Assembly (NCBI GenBank): GCA_040079655.1
Contig: JBEBJX010000001.1
Span: 14,060-78,059 of the forward strand
Source of the DNA: Sphingopyxis sp.
GTDB lineage: Bacteria; Pseudomonadota; Alphaproteobacteria; Sphingomonadales; Sphingomonadaceae
Direction of reading: 5' to 3'
Length of the DNA stretch: 64,000 nucleotides
Position 1 is the stretch's first letter; the number at the start of each line of letters is the position of its first letter. The notes beneath the pieces are model-generated. The model saw only the letters and a list, made by a program, of their open reading frames with translations, did not search any database and was not told the origin of the DNA. Position numbers and translations under genes: made by a program. Below, in pieces: positions 9,542 through 19,500 of this stretch.

Positions 9542-11298
9542 TTGCTCGTTCGACACTCATCGCATTATTGGGCGCAGCAGCGGTGCTGAGCGGCTGCGCG
9601 ATGGCGCGTGCGCAGGTGCCAAGTGCCCCCGTGCCGCTATCGTCGGTGCGTGACCGTCTGCCAGAGGACGAGATCATCTATCTCGTCATGCCTGATCGAT
9701 TCGACAATGGCGATACGACCAATGATACGGGCGGTATCGCGGGCGGGCCATTGCAGACGGGGTTCGACCCGACGCACAAGGGTTTCTATCACGGCGGTGA
9801 CCTTGCTGGATTGACCCAACGGCTAGATTATATCCAGGGGCTGGGCGTCACCGCAATCTGGTTCACGCCAATCTTCGTCAACCGCCCGGTCCAAGGGGAT
9901 CCTGGTGCGCCTGAGGGGCAACTGAGTGCGGGTTATCACGGCTATTGGGCGACTGACTTTACCACCATCGACCCGCATTTGGGGACCGAAGCCGAGTTCC
10001 GCGCCTTTGTCGACGCCGCGCATGCGCGTGGGATGAAGGTCTATATGGACATCGTTACCAACCACACCGCCGATGTCATTCGCATGGCCGAATGCCCGAA
10101 TAGCGCCTGCCCCTATCGCAGCATCGCCGATTATCCTGACCATGCCTATACCCCCGTCGTCCCAGCGGGTGAAGCGGGGGTGAAGGTGCCCGCGTGGCTC
10201 AACGACCCCCAATATTACCATAATCGCGGCAACACGACCTTTCGCGGCGAAAGCTCGACCATGGGTGATTTTGTCGGCCTCGACGATCTGGCGACCGAAA
10301 ACCCGCGTGTCGTCAGTGGATTCATTGACATTTACGCCAGCTGGATCGATCGCTTTGGTATCGATGGCTTTCGCATCGACACCGCACAGCATGTGAATCC
10401 CGAATTCTGGCAGGCATTTGTCCCCGCAATCGAGGCGCGCGCGCGCGCGGCGGGAATCCCCAATTTCCATATCTTTGGCGAAGTATTCAACGAGGACCGA
10501 GACGTCGCACGACAGGCCTATTGGACACATGCCGCCGCGCTCCCGTCGCTGCTCGACTATGCCGTGGCGCGAACGATCGACGAGGTCGCAGGTGCCGCTG
10601 GGCCGACCGATGCGTTCGAGGTCACGTTCCGTGGTGACATCCTTTACGCTGGGGGCGTCGATCGCGCGCGTCAAATGCCCATTTTTCACGGCAACTATGA
10701 CGCTGGGCGCTTCGGCCACTTCATGGACGTTGCCAACCCGCGTGCCAGCGATGCCGAACGGTTGGCCCGCGCGGAACTCGCCAATGCGATGTTGATGACC
10801 ATGCGCGGCGTGCCAACGATCTACGCTGGCGATGAGCAAGGCTTCACCGGCGATGGCAATGACCAGAATGCGCGTCAGGACATGTTCGCCAGCCAAGTTG
10901 CCAGCTACAACGATGATCGGCTGATTGGGACGGAGGCGACGACCGCGACCGCCAATTTTGTGACGACACACCCGCTCTATCAGCAGATCGCGACACTCGC
11001 CGCCATCCGCCGCAGCCATCCGGCATTGACACGCGGGCGGCAAATTGTCCGTAATGCAGGGCCGACGCCCGGCCTGCTCGCCATATCGCGGATCGACCCG
11101 GTGACGGGGCGCGAGGTGGTGGCAGTGTTCAACACGTCATCGAGCGCACAATCGGGCAATATCATCGTTGACCGCGCCACGATGCGCTTTACGGCATTGG
11201 CTGGCCATTGCCCGGCAACGGTGCGTGTGGCTGGGAGTGCTGCCATAACGCTTCCTGCTTTTGGTTATATGATTTGTGCTGCGGAGCCGAACGCGTGA
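9538..11298 (+). CDS. GH13 alpha-amylase-family lipoprotein
   Basis: ATGA overlap with the upstream stop; lipobox LSGC; YHGY, DIVTNH, GFRIDT (nucleophile), GEVF (acid/base); region IV reads GNYD. Confidence 0.88.
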   Translation: MIARSTLIALLGAAAVLSGCAMARAQVPSAPVPLSSVRDRLPEDEIIYLVMPDRFDNGDTTNDTGGIAGGPLQTGFDPTHKGFYHGGDLAGLTQRLDYIQGLGVTAIWFTPIFVNRPVQGDPGAPEGQLSAGYHGYWATDFTTIDPHLGTEAEFRAFVDAAHARGMKVYMDIVTNHTADVIRMAECPNSACPYRSIADYPDHAYTPVVPAGEAGVKVPAWLNDPQYYHNRGNTTFRGESSTMGDFVGLDDLATENPRVVSGFIDIYASWIDRFGIDGFRIDTAQHVNPEFWQAFVPAIEARARAAGIPNFHIFGEVFNEDRDVARQAYWTHAAALPSLLDYAVARTIDEVAGAAGPTDAFEVTFRGDILYAGGVDRARQMPIFHGNYDAGRFGHFMDVANPRASDAERLARAELANAMLMTMRGVPTIYAGDEQGFTGDGNDQNARQDMFASQVASYNDDRLIGTEATTATANFVTTHPLYQQIATLAAIRRSHPALTRGRQIVRNAGPTPGLLAISRIDPVTGREVVAVFNTSSSAQSGNIIVDRATMRFTALAGHCPATVRVAGSAAITLPAFGYMICAAEPNA

Positions 11299-12920
11299 AC
11301 GAGCTTTCTCCCCAACTTCGGCCTGCAAAATCTGTGGCAACAGCCACACCATGGTGGCGCGGAGCGTCGATCTATCAGATTTATCCGCGCAGTTTTGCTG
11401 ATTCCAACGGCGACGGCATTGGCGATTTGCCGGGGATAACGGCGCGGCTTGACCATGTTGCAGACCTAGGGGTTGATGCGGTGTGGATTTCGCCCTTTTA
11501 CACCAGCCCGATGCGCGATTTTGGCTATGACATAGCCGATTATCGCGGGGTTGATCCCATTTTTGGTTCGATGGAGGACTTTAATGCGCTGGTGGCAAAG
11601 GCGCACGGCCTTGGTCTCAAAATACTGGTCGATCAGGTCTATTCGCATACGTCCGACCAGCATGAATGGTTCGTGACCAGCCGGTCAAACCGCACCAACA
11701 CCAAGGCGGACTGGTATGTATGGGCCGACGCCAAGCCCGATGGTTCGCCGCCAAGCAATTGGCAGTCGGTGTTTGGCGGGCCTGCGTGGCGATGGGACGC
11801 GCGGCGCGGGCAATATTATTTGCATAATTTCCTCAGCGAACAGCCGCAGCTCAATTGCCACAATCCGGCGGTGCAAGACGCGCTGCTCGACGTTGCGCGG
11901 TTCTGGCTTGATCGCGGGGTAGATGGTTTCCGCGTCGATGCGATCAATTTCGCGATGCACGATCCACAATTGCGCGATAATCCGCCTGCGCCCGATGATG
12001 GGTTCCCACGCACGCGGCCATTTAATTTTCAGAAGCATCTTTATAATCAAAGCCATCCGGATATCCCCTTGTTCATCCAGCGCCTGCGCGCGCTGACCGA
12101 TAAATATGGCAGCATATTCACGGTGGCCGAGGTCGGCGGGCCTGACCCTCAGGCGGAAATGCATGCCTTCACGCGGGGCGATGCGCATTTCAACAGCGCC
12201 TACAGTTTTGACTTTCTCTATGCCGAACGATTGACGCCGGCGCTGGTGCGCGATGCCTTAGAACAGTGGTCCGACGGTGGCGATGAAGGCTGGCCAAGCT
12301 GGGCCTTTGCCAATCATGATGCGCCGCGTTGGATCAGCCGCTGGGCGCCTGTTGATGCCCGCGCCGCTTATGCGCGGATGGTGATGCTGTTGTTCATTGC
12401 GCTTCGCGGTAATATCATATTGTGGCAGGGCGAGGAATTGGGGCTGACGCAGGTCGATATTCCGTATGAGAGGTTACAAGACCCCGAAGCCATCGCCAAC
12501 TGGCCGCTGACGTTGAGCCGCGACGGGTCGCGAACGCCGATGATATGGTGCGACGGTACACCGCATGGTGGTTTTTCGAGCGGCGAGCCATGGCTGCCGA
12601 TTGGCGAGGACCATTTGGCACTGGCGGCGTCGCGACAGACGGGAGACGAAAACTCTCTGCTTGAACTGACGCGCCAACTGCTCGCGCTACGGCGGGCTAC
12701 CCCGGCGCTGACGCTGGGCAGTTTGACGGTGGCGACGGCCGACGATAGCCTATTGATATTTCACCGAATGCATGCCGGCCAGCACTTGGTTTGCGCATAT
12801 AATATGGGTGCCAGCGCGCGCGATTGGGCGTGTGAGCCAGGCATCGTGCTGACTAGTGTGGGGGGCGCTTCTTGCAACAAGTTGCCGCCTTATTCCGCCA
12901 TCATCATCGCAATCACTTAG
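11295..12920 (+). CDS. GH13 alpha-glucosidase / oligo-1,6-glucosidase family
   Basis: GTGA overlap; WWRGASIYQIYPRSFADSNGDGIGDL, DQVYSHTS, QPQLN, GFRVDA, AEVG, FANHD motifs. Confidence 0.92.
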   Translation: MNELSPQLRPAKSVATATPWWRGASIYQIYPRSFADSNGDGIGDLPGITARLDHVADLGVDAVWISPFYTSPMRDFGYDIADYRGVDPIFGSMEDFNALVAKAHGLGLKILVDQVYSHTSDQHEWFVTSRSNRTNTKADWYVWADAKPDGSPPSNWQSVFGGPAWRWDARRGQYYLHNFLSEQPQLNCHNPAVQDALLDVARFWLDRGVDGFRVDAINFAMHDPQLRDNPPAPDDGFPRTRPFNFQKHLYNQSHPDIPLFIQRLRALTDKYGSIFTVAEVGGPDPQAEMHAFTRGDAHFNSAYSFDFLYAERLTPALVRDALEQWSDGGDEGWPSWAFANHDAPRWISRWAPVDARAAYARMVMLLFIALRGNIILWQGEELGLTQVDIPYERLQDPEAIANWPLTLSRDGSRTPMIWCDGTPHGGFSSGEPWLPIGEDHLALAASRQTGDENSLLELTRQLLALRRATPALTLGSLTVATADDSLLIFHRMHAGQHLVCAYNMGASARDWACEPGIVLTSVGGASCNKLPPYSAIIIAIT

Positions 12921-12933
12921 TTGGGGACACGCC

Positions 12934-15000
12934 ATGCGACTGCCGATATCCACATTGTTCCGCTTCATCGCACCACTCCTCGCCGCGCTGTTGATTGCCC
13001 CCGCATCGGCACAGCAAAGCGTGCAAGCAACATCACCCGACGGCAGCATCAGCGTGACGGTGGGCGTCAACAGCGAAGGGCGGCCATCCTATAGCATCAG
13101 CCGGGGTGGTGCCGTGATCATTGCCCCGTCGCGGCTAGGCTTCCTGTTCACCGACGCACTGGCATTTGACCGCGGACTTGCCATCGAAAGCCATAGCGAG
13201 ACGAGCGTCGATACGCGTTGGGAATTGCCATGGGGTGAGCGCCGCTTTGTCCGCGATCATCACAATGAATTGCTGGTGTTGTTGCGCGAAGGGGCCGATG
13301 CGCATCGGCGCATTGCGGTGCGATTTCGCCTGTTCGACGATGGCGTCGGTTTTCGCTATGAGTTTTTGCAAGATAGCGGCTGGAGCACGGTCCGCATTCA
13401 GGATGAGGTGACCGAGTTCAACATCGCGCCGCATGGCACCGCTTGGTGGATCACTGGCGGCGATTGGAACCGTTACGAGCAAGTCTATCAGCACACCGCG
13501 ATTGATGCGGTATCGACTGCGCACACGCCGATCACGATGCGGCTTGATGATGGCACGCATTTGGCGTTTCACGAGGCCGCGCTGGTCGACTATGCAGGCA
13601 TGTGGCTGCGCCGGGTCGATGGCCAGCGATTCAGGGCAACTTTGTCGCCGTCATCCTCCGGTGCACGGGTGACGAGGGTGGCACCATTTCCGACACCGTG
13701 GCGCAGCATCCGCATAACGGCAAACGCAGCGGGGCTGGTTGAAAGCGATCTAGAGCTTAACCTCAATGAACCCAACCGCCTTGGCGACGTTAGCTGGGTT
13801 CGCCCCTATAAATATATCGGTATCTGGTGGGACATGCATCTCGACAACTGGAGCTGGGCGTCGGGCGCGCGGCACGGAGCGACCACCCAAAACACCCGCC
13901 GCTATATCGACTTTGCCGCCGCACACGGATTTCGCGGTGTTTTGGTCGAAGGGTGGAATGTCGGCTGGGACGGCAATTGGTTTGGCCATGGCGACGAATA
14001 CAGCTTTACCCAGCCCTATCCCGATTTTGATATCGAGGGGCTGGCCGCTTATGGCCGCGCGCACGGGGTGCGCCTGATCGGGCATCATGAAACCGGCGGC
14101 AATATCGCCAATTATGAGGGACAGTTAGAGGATGCCATGGCGCTGTATCAGCGGCTGGGGATCGACAGCGTCAAAACGGGCTATGTCGCCGATGCCGGTG
14201 GGATCATCAGCCGCAATGCGGCGGGCGCACTGGCGATGGAATGGCACGATGGGCAGGTCATGAGCCGTCATCATTTGAACGTCGTCGAAACGGCGGCGCG
14301 GCACCATGTCATGGTCAACCCGCACGAGCCGATCAAGGACACAGGGCTACGACGCACTTACCCCAATTGGGTGGCGCGCGAAGGAGCGCGCGGCGCGGAA
14401 TACGACGCGTGGGGCGAACCTGGCAACAGCGTCGATCATATCCCAACACTTGTTTATACACGGATGCTGTCGGGCCCAATGGATTATACGCCCGGCGTGC
14501 TGAGTTTACAGGGGCGCGGCGGTCGGGCGATCAATTCGACGTTGGCGCGGCAACTGGCATTGTATCTCACCATCTATAGCCCGATCCAGATGGCAGCAGA
14601 CCGCATCGAAAACCTGGAGCGTTTTCCCCGCGAACTGGCGTTCATCAGCACGGTGCCGACCGATTGGGAGGATAGCCGCCTGATCGATGGCGCGGTCGGT
14701 GATTATGCGCTGTTCCGGCGCAAGGGTCGCAACAGTGCCGACTGGTATGTTGGTGGTGTCACCGACGGCGTTGCGCGCGATTTTGACGTCGCGCTCGATT
14801 TTCTGCCTGCGGGGCAGCGTTACCGCATGACGACCTATGCGGATGGCCCTGACGCCGATTATCGCACCGCCAATCGCGGGCAAATCGTCATTGAGGAACG
14901 TATCGTCACTTCGACCAGCCGCGTGGCGCTGCACATGGCGCCGGGCGGCGGGGTGGCGGTGCGGCTGACCCCCGCCATCCAGAGGCGCGCACGGCGGTGA
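12934..15000 (+). CDS. GH97 glycoside hydrolase (SusB-like alpha-glucosidase)
   Basis: Signal peptide; RLFDDGVGFRY, YIDFAA, GVLVEGWN, GHHETGG, NPHE, REGARGAEY, GPMDYTPG, QMAAD motifs; ATG 12934 with GGGGA RBS. Confidence 0.92.
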   Translation: MRLPISTLFRFIAPLLAALLIAPASAQQSVQATSPDGSISVTVGVNSEGRPSYSISRGGAVIIAPSRLGFLFTDALAFDRGLAIESHSETSVDTRWELPWGERRFVRDHHNELLVLLREGADAHRRIAVRFRLFDDGVGFRYEFLQDSGWSTVRIQDEVTEFNIAPHGTAWWITGGDWNRYEQVYQHTAIDAVSTAHTPITMRLDDGTHLAFHEAALVDYAGMWLRRVDGQRFRATLSPSSSGARVTRVAPFPTPWRSIRITANAAGLVESDLELNLNEPNRLGDVSWVRPYKYIGIWWDMHLDNWSWASGARHGATTQNTRRYIDFAAAHGFRGVLVEGWNVGWDGNWFGHGDEYSFTQPYPDFDIEGLAAYGRAHGVRLIGHHETGGNIANYEGQLEDAMALYQRLGIDSVKTGYVADAGGIISRNAAGALAMEWHDGQVMSRHHLNVVETAARHHVMVNPHEPIKDTGLRRTYPNWVAREGARGAEYDAWGEPGNSVDHIPTLVYTRMLSGPMDYTPGVLSLQGRGGRAINSTLARQLALYLTIYSPIQMAADRIENLERFPRELAFISTVPTDWEDSRLIDGAVGDYALFRRKGRNSADWYVGGVTDGVARDFDVALDFLPAGQRYRMTTYADGPDADYRTANRGQIVIEERIVTSTSRVALHMAPGGGVAVRLTPAIQRRARR

Positions 15001-15037
15001 TGGGAACGTTGTCTTACCGTGTTTTCCGAGCCGTTTG

Positions 15038-16606
15038 ATGGCTCATCAAACTCGAAAACACTATAGGCCGCCAGCCACCGCAGAAAAGCCGCTGCGCATC
15101 GTCATCGTTGGCGGCGGCACGGCTGGGTGGATGGCGGCGGCGCTGATGGCGCATCATTGGGGAGTGCGGGCGCAGGTGACCGTGCTGGAAAGCCCGGACA
15201 TCGGCATTATCGGGGTCGGCGAGGGGTCAACTCCCCAGTTCAAGGCTTTTTTTGACAAGCTAGGTATCGCCGAGGCCGATTGGATGCCGGGGTGCAACGC
15301 CACCTATAAAGCGGGAATTCGCTTTGTTGGCTGGTCAGAGCGGCCGGGCTATGAGAGTTATTTTCACCCGTTCGCCACCGCGCTCGACAGCCACACTGCC
15401 CCCGCATTTTTCTTTAACGCCCGCGCACGGCGCACGGGGCGCGATGTGTGGGCGCATGGCGACCGTTTTTTTGTACCCCAGCGGCTGGCAAGTGAACAGT
15501 TGTGCCCGATTCCCGTCGACAATTTCCCCTTCGCGATTGGCTATGGCTATCATTTCGACGCGACATTGGTGGGGCGGTTTTTGCGCGACCATGCCACTAC
15601 CAAACTCGGCGTTACCTATTTGGAACGGACAGTGACTTCGGTCAATCTAGCGGAAGATGGCAGCATCGCGTCGCTCACTTGTGACAATGATGAGGGGTTT
15701 TGCGCTGACCTGTTCGTTGATGCCAGCGGCTTTCGCGCTCTGCTCATACAACAGGCGCTTTGCGAACCGTTTATCCCTTTTGCCGATAATTTGTTCAATG
15801 ATCGCGCGGTCGCCATCCCCACACCGCGTAATGAGGCGAGTGGCCTCTCGTGCGAGACGCGTAGCACCGCACTGTCTGCGGGCTGGGCCTGGGCTATTCC
15901 GCTGACCAACCGCACCGGCAATGGCTATGTCTATAGTTCACGCTATCTGAGCGCAGAGCAAGCCGAAGCTGAATTACGCAGCCATTTGGGTGTTGGTGAT
16001 GAAAGCGAAGCGCGGCATTTGTCGATGAATGTCGGTCGAGTCGCCCGAAGCTGGGTCAAAAACTGTCTCGCCGCCGGGCTCAGCCAAGGGTTTATCGAGC
16101 CGCTGGAGGCCACCGCGCTGCATATCGTTCAGGCAACGGTCGAGGGGTTCATGGCCGCATATGACGCCACCCTTGAACAAGGAGGCGGCGAATCTGAACG
16201 CGACGCCTTCAACGAGCGGCTCAATGCACGCTATGATGGTATCCGCGACTATATCGTCGCGCATTACCGCATGAATGGGCGAACCGACACGCCTTATTGG
16301 CGTGACAATGCTGCCAACCAAAACCTGTCAAATAATTTGAAAGCAGTGATGACCGCGTGGTTCACCGGCGCGGATATGGAGGCGGAAATAGCGCAGTTGG
16401 GGATTGGGGGATATTATGGGGCCCTAAGCTGGCATTGCCTGTTCGCGGGCTATGGCCAGTTTCCCGATGATGCCAAGATGGTGCCACCCGAAGCAGGGTT
16501 GCCATTGACCGATATGGCGGTGATTGACGATTTTATTTCGCGGTGCATTCGTAATTTCATTGACCATGCGGATAGGATTACGGCATTGTCTCCGGCAAAT
16601 AAATAA
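15038..16606 (+). CDS. Tryptophan halogenase-family flavoprotein (copy 2)
   Basis: VGGGTAGW, IGVGEGST, YKAGI (Lys), WAWAIP, FIEPLEAT. Confidence 0.9.
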   Translation: MAHQTRKHYRPPATAEKPLRIVIVGGGTAGWMAAALMAHHWGVRAQVTVLESPDIGIIGVGEGSTPQFKAFFDKLGIAEADWMPGCNATYKAGIRFVGWSERPGYESYFHPFATALDSHTAPAFFFNARARRTGRDVWAHGDRFFVPQRLASEQLCPIPVDNFPFAIGYGYHFDATLVGRFLRDHATTKLGVTYLERTVTSVNLAEDGSIASLTCDNDEGFCADLFVDASGFRALLIQQALCEPFIPFADNLFNDRAVAIPTPRNEASGLSCETRSTALSAGWAWAIPLTNRTGNGYVYSSRYLSAEQAEAELRSHLGVGDESEARHLSMNVGRVARSWVKNCLAAGLSQGFIEPLEATALHIVQATVEGFMAAYDATLEQGGGESERDAFNERLNARYDGIRDYIVAHYRMNGRTDTPYWRDNAANQNLSNNLKAVMTAWFTGADMEAEIAQLGIGGYYGALSWHCLFAGYGQFPDDAKMVPPEAGLPLTDMAVIDDFISRCIRNFIDHADRITALSPANK

Positions 16607-16617
16607 GGGAGAGAAAA

Positions 16618-17928
16618 ATGGCCGCACCAATACCCAATGGCGCTGTAACTGGAAGCGCTTCCATCATTAAAGGCAACGCCCTGCCACTGCTGATATTGGT
16701 GGTGGCGGTGTTTTTCCTGCTTGGCGGGGTTACCAACATCAATGATGTGCTGATTCCCAAGTTGAAGGGGCTGTTCAGCCTCAGCAATTTTGAGGCGAAC
16801 CTCGTTCAATTTGCCTTCTTCACCAGCTATGCGTTGTTTTCGATACCAGCCGGCATGCTGGTCGCGCGGCTCGGCTATATGCGCAGCTTTACTGTCGGCT
16901 TCCTGATTGTTGCACTGGGCGCATTGATGTTCATTCCAGCCGCAAGCTCGGGTGTCTTCATCAGCTTTCTAGCGGCATTGTTCGTTGTTGGCGGCGGCAT
17001 CACGCTGTTGCAAGTCGGCATGAACCCCGTGGTGATTGCGCTCGGGAGCCCCGAAACCGCACATAGCCGCTTGACCTTTGCGCAGTTTTTCAACTCGCTT
17101 GGCGTGTTCCTGATGATTTATGGCGGCGCCGAATTGATGTTGGGCAAAGGCAGCGACGTTGACCCTGCGAACCTGAGCGGCGATGCGCTAACACAATATC
17201 GCGCCTCCGAAAGCGCCGTGATCGGCCAAGCTTATTTCTGGGTCGCGGCGTTTCTTGCCGCGATTGCGCTCATATTCTGGCTACGGCGCCGTGCGCTTGA
17301 CCACACCAAAGCAGAGCAAGTGCAACTGGCGGGAACATGGTCGCTTTTCACCAACAACCCGCGCGTCCGTTTCGGTGCGCTGTGCATCTTCATGTATGTC
17401 GGGGCCGAGGTTGCGATCGGCAGCAACCTCATCACCTATCTTTCCGGTGACGCACATGTTGCGGGCGACGGGGTGATGGGAATCGATGCGCTCGCCGCTG
17501 GCAAGATGCTCGCCTATTATTGGGGTGGGGCAATGGTCGGAAGGCTAGTTGGCGGGTTAGTCCTGCGCGCACTTCCCGCTGGTCGCGTGCTTTGGGCCTA
17601 TGCAACGCTCGCGATTATCATGATTGCCATTTCGGCCTTCACTTCGGGGGCGCTGTCGGGATGGACATTGGTGCTGGTTGGCTTCTTCAACTCGTTAATG
17701 TTCCCGACAATCTTTAGTTTGGCAACCGAAGGGTTGACCGACGAAGCACCAAAAGCATCGGGCATTTTGTGCACTGCGATTGTCGGCGGTGCGCTGGTGC
17801 CACCGCTATTCGGATTGGTCACTGACCATGCGTCGATCCAGCTCGCTCTGATCGTTCCCGCTATCTGCTATGCGATCATCGCTGCCTTTGGCCTGTGGGC
17901 GTTGAAGCAAAGTCGCACGCCTGCGTAA
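16618..17928 (+). CDS. gluP: Glucose/galactose MFS transporter (GluP/FucP family)
   Basis: NDVLIPKLK..F.L, QFAFF, LQVGMNP, YVGAEV, NSLMFPTIF, GALVPP motifs of the FucP/GluP family; GGGAGAG RBS. Confidence 0.85.
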   Translation: MAAPIPNGAVTGSASIIKGNALPLLILVVAVFFLLGGVTNINDVLIPKLKGLFSLSNFEANLVQFAFFTSYALFSIPAGMLVARLGYMRSFTVGFLIVALGALMFIPAASSGVFISFLAALFVVGGGITLLQVGMNPVVIALGSPETAHSRLTFAQFFNSLGVFLMIYGGAELMLGKGSDVDPANLSGDALTQYRASESAVIGQAYFWVAAFLAAIALIFWLRRRALDHTKAEQVQLAGTWSLFTNNPRVRFGALCIFMYVGAEVAIGSNLITYLSGDAHVAGDGVMGIDALAAGKMLAYYWGGAMVGRLVGGLVLRALPAGRVLWAYATLAIIMIAISAFTSGALSGWTLVLVGFFNSLMFPTIFSLATEGLTDEAPKASGILCTAIVGGALVPPLFGLVTDHASIQLALIVPAICYAIIAAFGLWALKQSRTPA

Positions 17929-17945
17929 TCGGTCGAGCCATCCGC

Positions 17946-17953
17946 ATACGTAT
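17946..17953. promoter_or_regulatory. Candidate LacI operator (ATACGTAT) upstream of zwf
   Basis: Same 8-bp palindrome as at 4983-4990, 95 bp upstream of the zwf ATG. Confidence 0.45.
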
Positions 17954-17987
17954 AACGCCCCGCGTGCACAGGCATTGCGGGGCGTTA
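17953..17987. terminator. Stem-loop between gluP and zwf
   Basis: taacgccccgc / gcggggcgtta perfect 11-bp inverted repeat; no clear U-tract. Confidence 0.5.
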
Positions 17988-18048
17988 GCATGTTGCAAGG
18001 GCGCGCTTTTCGGCTAACAGCAATAGCGGCATATGGAGACTGAAAAGC

Positions 18049-19494
18049 ATGGCATTTGTTTCCGATCGACTGATATTGTTCGGCGCGACGGGCGATCTCG
18101 CCAAACGGATGCTTTTGCCCTCGCTCGCTGCGCTCTCTGCTGACAAATTGATAGCGGATGACTTGCGGATCATCGGCACCGCGCGCTCGGCGCATGATGA
18201 CGCCAGCTTTCGCGCCTTTGCCCGCGCAGCACTCGATGAATTCCTACCCAAAGGACAGCTTGACGAAGCCGATATTGTGCGTTTTCTTGAGCGATTGAGC
18301 TACCAGCCGCTCGATGCTTCGCAAGCGGACGGGTTTGCGGCGTTGGCGGCCAAAGTGGGCGAGGTTAAACGCGGGCTTTCGATTTTCCTCTCCACCGCGC
18401 CATCATTGTTCGAGCCAACAATAGCGGGGCTGGCAGGTGCGGGGCTGGCGGGGGACAATGTCCGTATCGGCCTAGAAAAGCCGCTGGGCATTGATTTGAC
18501 CTCGAGCAAGGTCATCAACGATGCGGTGGGCAGCGTTTTCACCGAAGACCGTATTTTCCGTATCGATCATTATCTGGGCAAGGAAACGGTGCAGAATCTG
18601 CTCGCGCTGCGCTTTGCCAATATCTTGTTCGAGCCACTATGGAATGCGCAATCTATCGACCATATGCAAATCACAGTCGCTGAGACGGTCGGGCTTGAAG
18701 GGCGCGTCGGATTTTATGACGGCGCGGGGGCGTTGCGCGATATGGTGCAGAACCATATGCTGCAATTATTAGCGCTGGTGGCGATGGAACCACCCGCACG
18801 GTTTGACGCAACCGCGATCCGCGATGAAAAGGTCAAGGTGCTGCGATCCTTGCGCCCCCTGGCGGTTGGGGACAGCGTTACTGGCCAATATCGTGCAGGG
18901 TCAATCGATGGTGCTGCCGTGCCCGGTTATGATGATGAGCTTGGCAAGGATAGCGACACCGAGACGTTCGTGGCGATCAAGGCGCATATTGACAATTGGC
19001 GCTGGAAAGGCGTGCCGTTTTTCCTGCGCACCGGAAAGCGCCTGCCCGAACGCAAGACCGAAATTGTTATCCAGTTCAAGGCGGTGCCGCACAGTATCTT
19101 TGCTGAAATGGGCGCCGCAACACAGCCCAATCGACTGATTATAGGGATACAGCCGCGTGAAAATATTCGCCTGTCTGTGATGGCCAAAGTGCCCGGCCTC
19201 GACCGGGGCGGTGTGCGTCTGCGCGAAATGCCGCTCGATATTTCGATGCCCGATGCCTTTGCCGGGCCAAAGCGTCGGATCGCCTATGAACGGTTGTTGC
19301 TCGACCTGATTGAGGGCGAACAGACATTGTTCGTAAGGCGTGACGAGGTGGAGGCTCAATGGCATTGGGTTGATGCTATTCGTGCCGAATGGGCGAATGC
19401 TGCGGTAAAACCTCTCGAATATGCGGCAGGAAGCTGGGGGCCGGACGCCGCTACCCGGCTTATCGAACGCGATGGAGCAAGCTGGCATGAGTAA
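18049..19494 (+). CDS. zwf: Glucose-6-phosphate 1-dehydrogenase
   Basis: FGATGDLA, EKPLG, RIDHYLGKETVQN, RDMVQNH, WKGVPFFLRTGK. Confidence 0.97.
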   Translation: MAFVSDRLILFGATGDLAKRMLLPSLAALSADKLIADDLRIIGTARSAHDDASFRAFARAALDEFLPKGQLDEADIVRFLERLSYQPLDASQADGFAALAAKVGEVKRGLSIFLSTAPSLFEPTIAGLAGAGLAGDNVRIGLEKPLGIDLTSSKVINDAVGSVFTEDRIFRIDHYLGKETVQNLLALRFANILFEPLWNAQSIDHMQITVAETVGLEGRVGFYDGAGALRDMVQNHMLQLLALVAMEPPARFDATAIRDEKVKVLRSLRPLAVGDSVTGQYRAGSIDGAAVPGYDDELGKDSDTETFVAIKAHIDNWRWKGVPFFLRTGKRLPERKTEIVIQFKAVPHSIFAEMGAATQPNRLIIGIQPRENIRLSVMAKVPGLDRGGVRLREMPLDISMPDAFAGPKRRIAYERLLLDLIEGEQTLFVRRDEVEAQWHWVDAIRAEWANAAVKPLEYAAGSWGPDAATRLIERDGASWHE

Positions 19495-19500
19495 GCGGAA

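Noticed and set aside
9823-11043. 406-aa minus-strand ORF
   Set aside because: Antisense shadow of the GH13 amylase; no motifs
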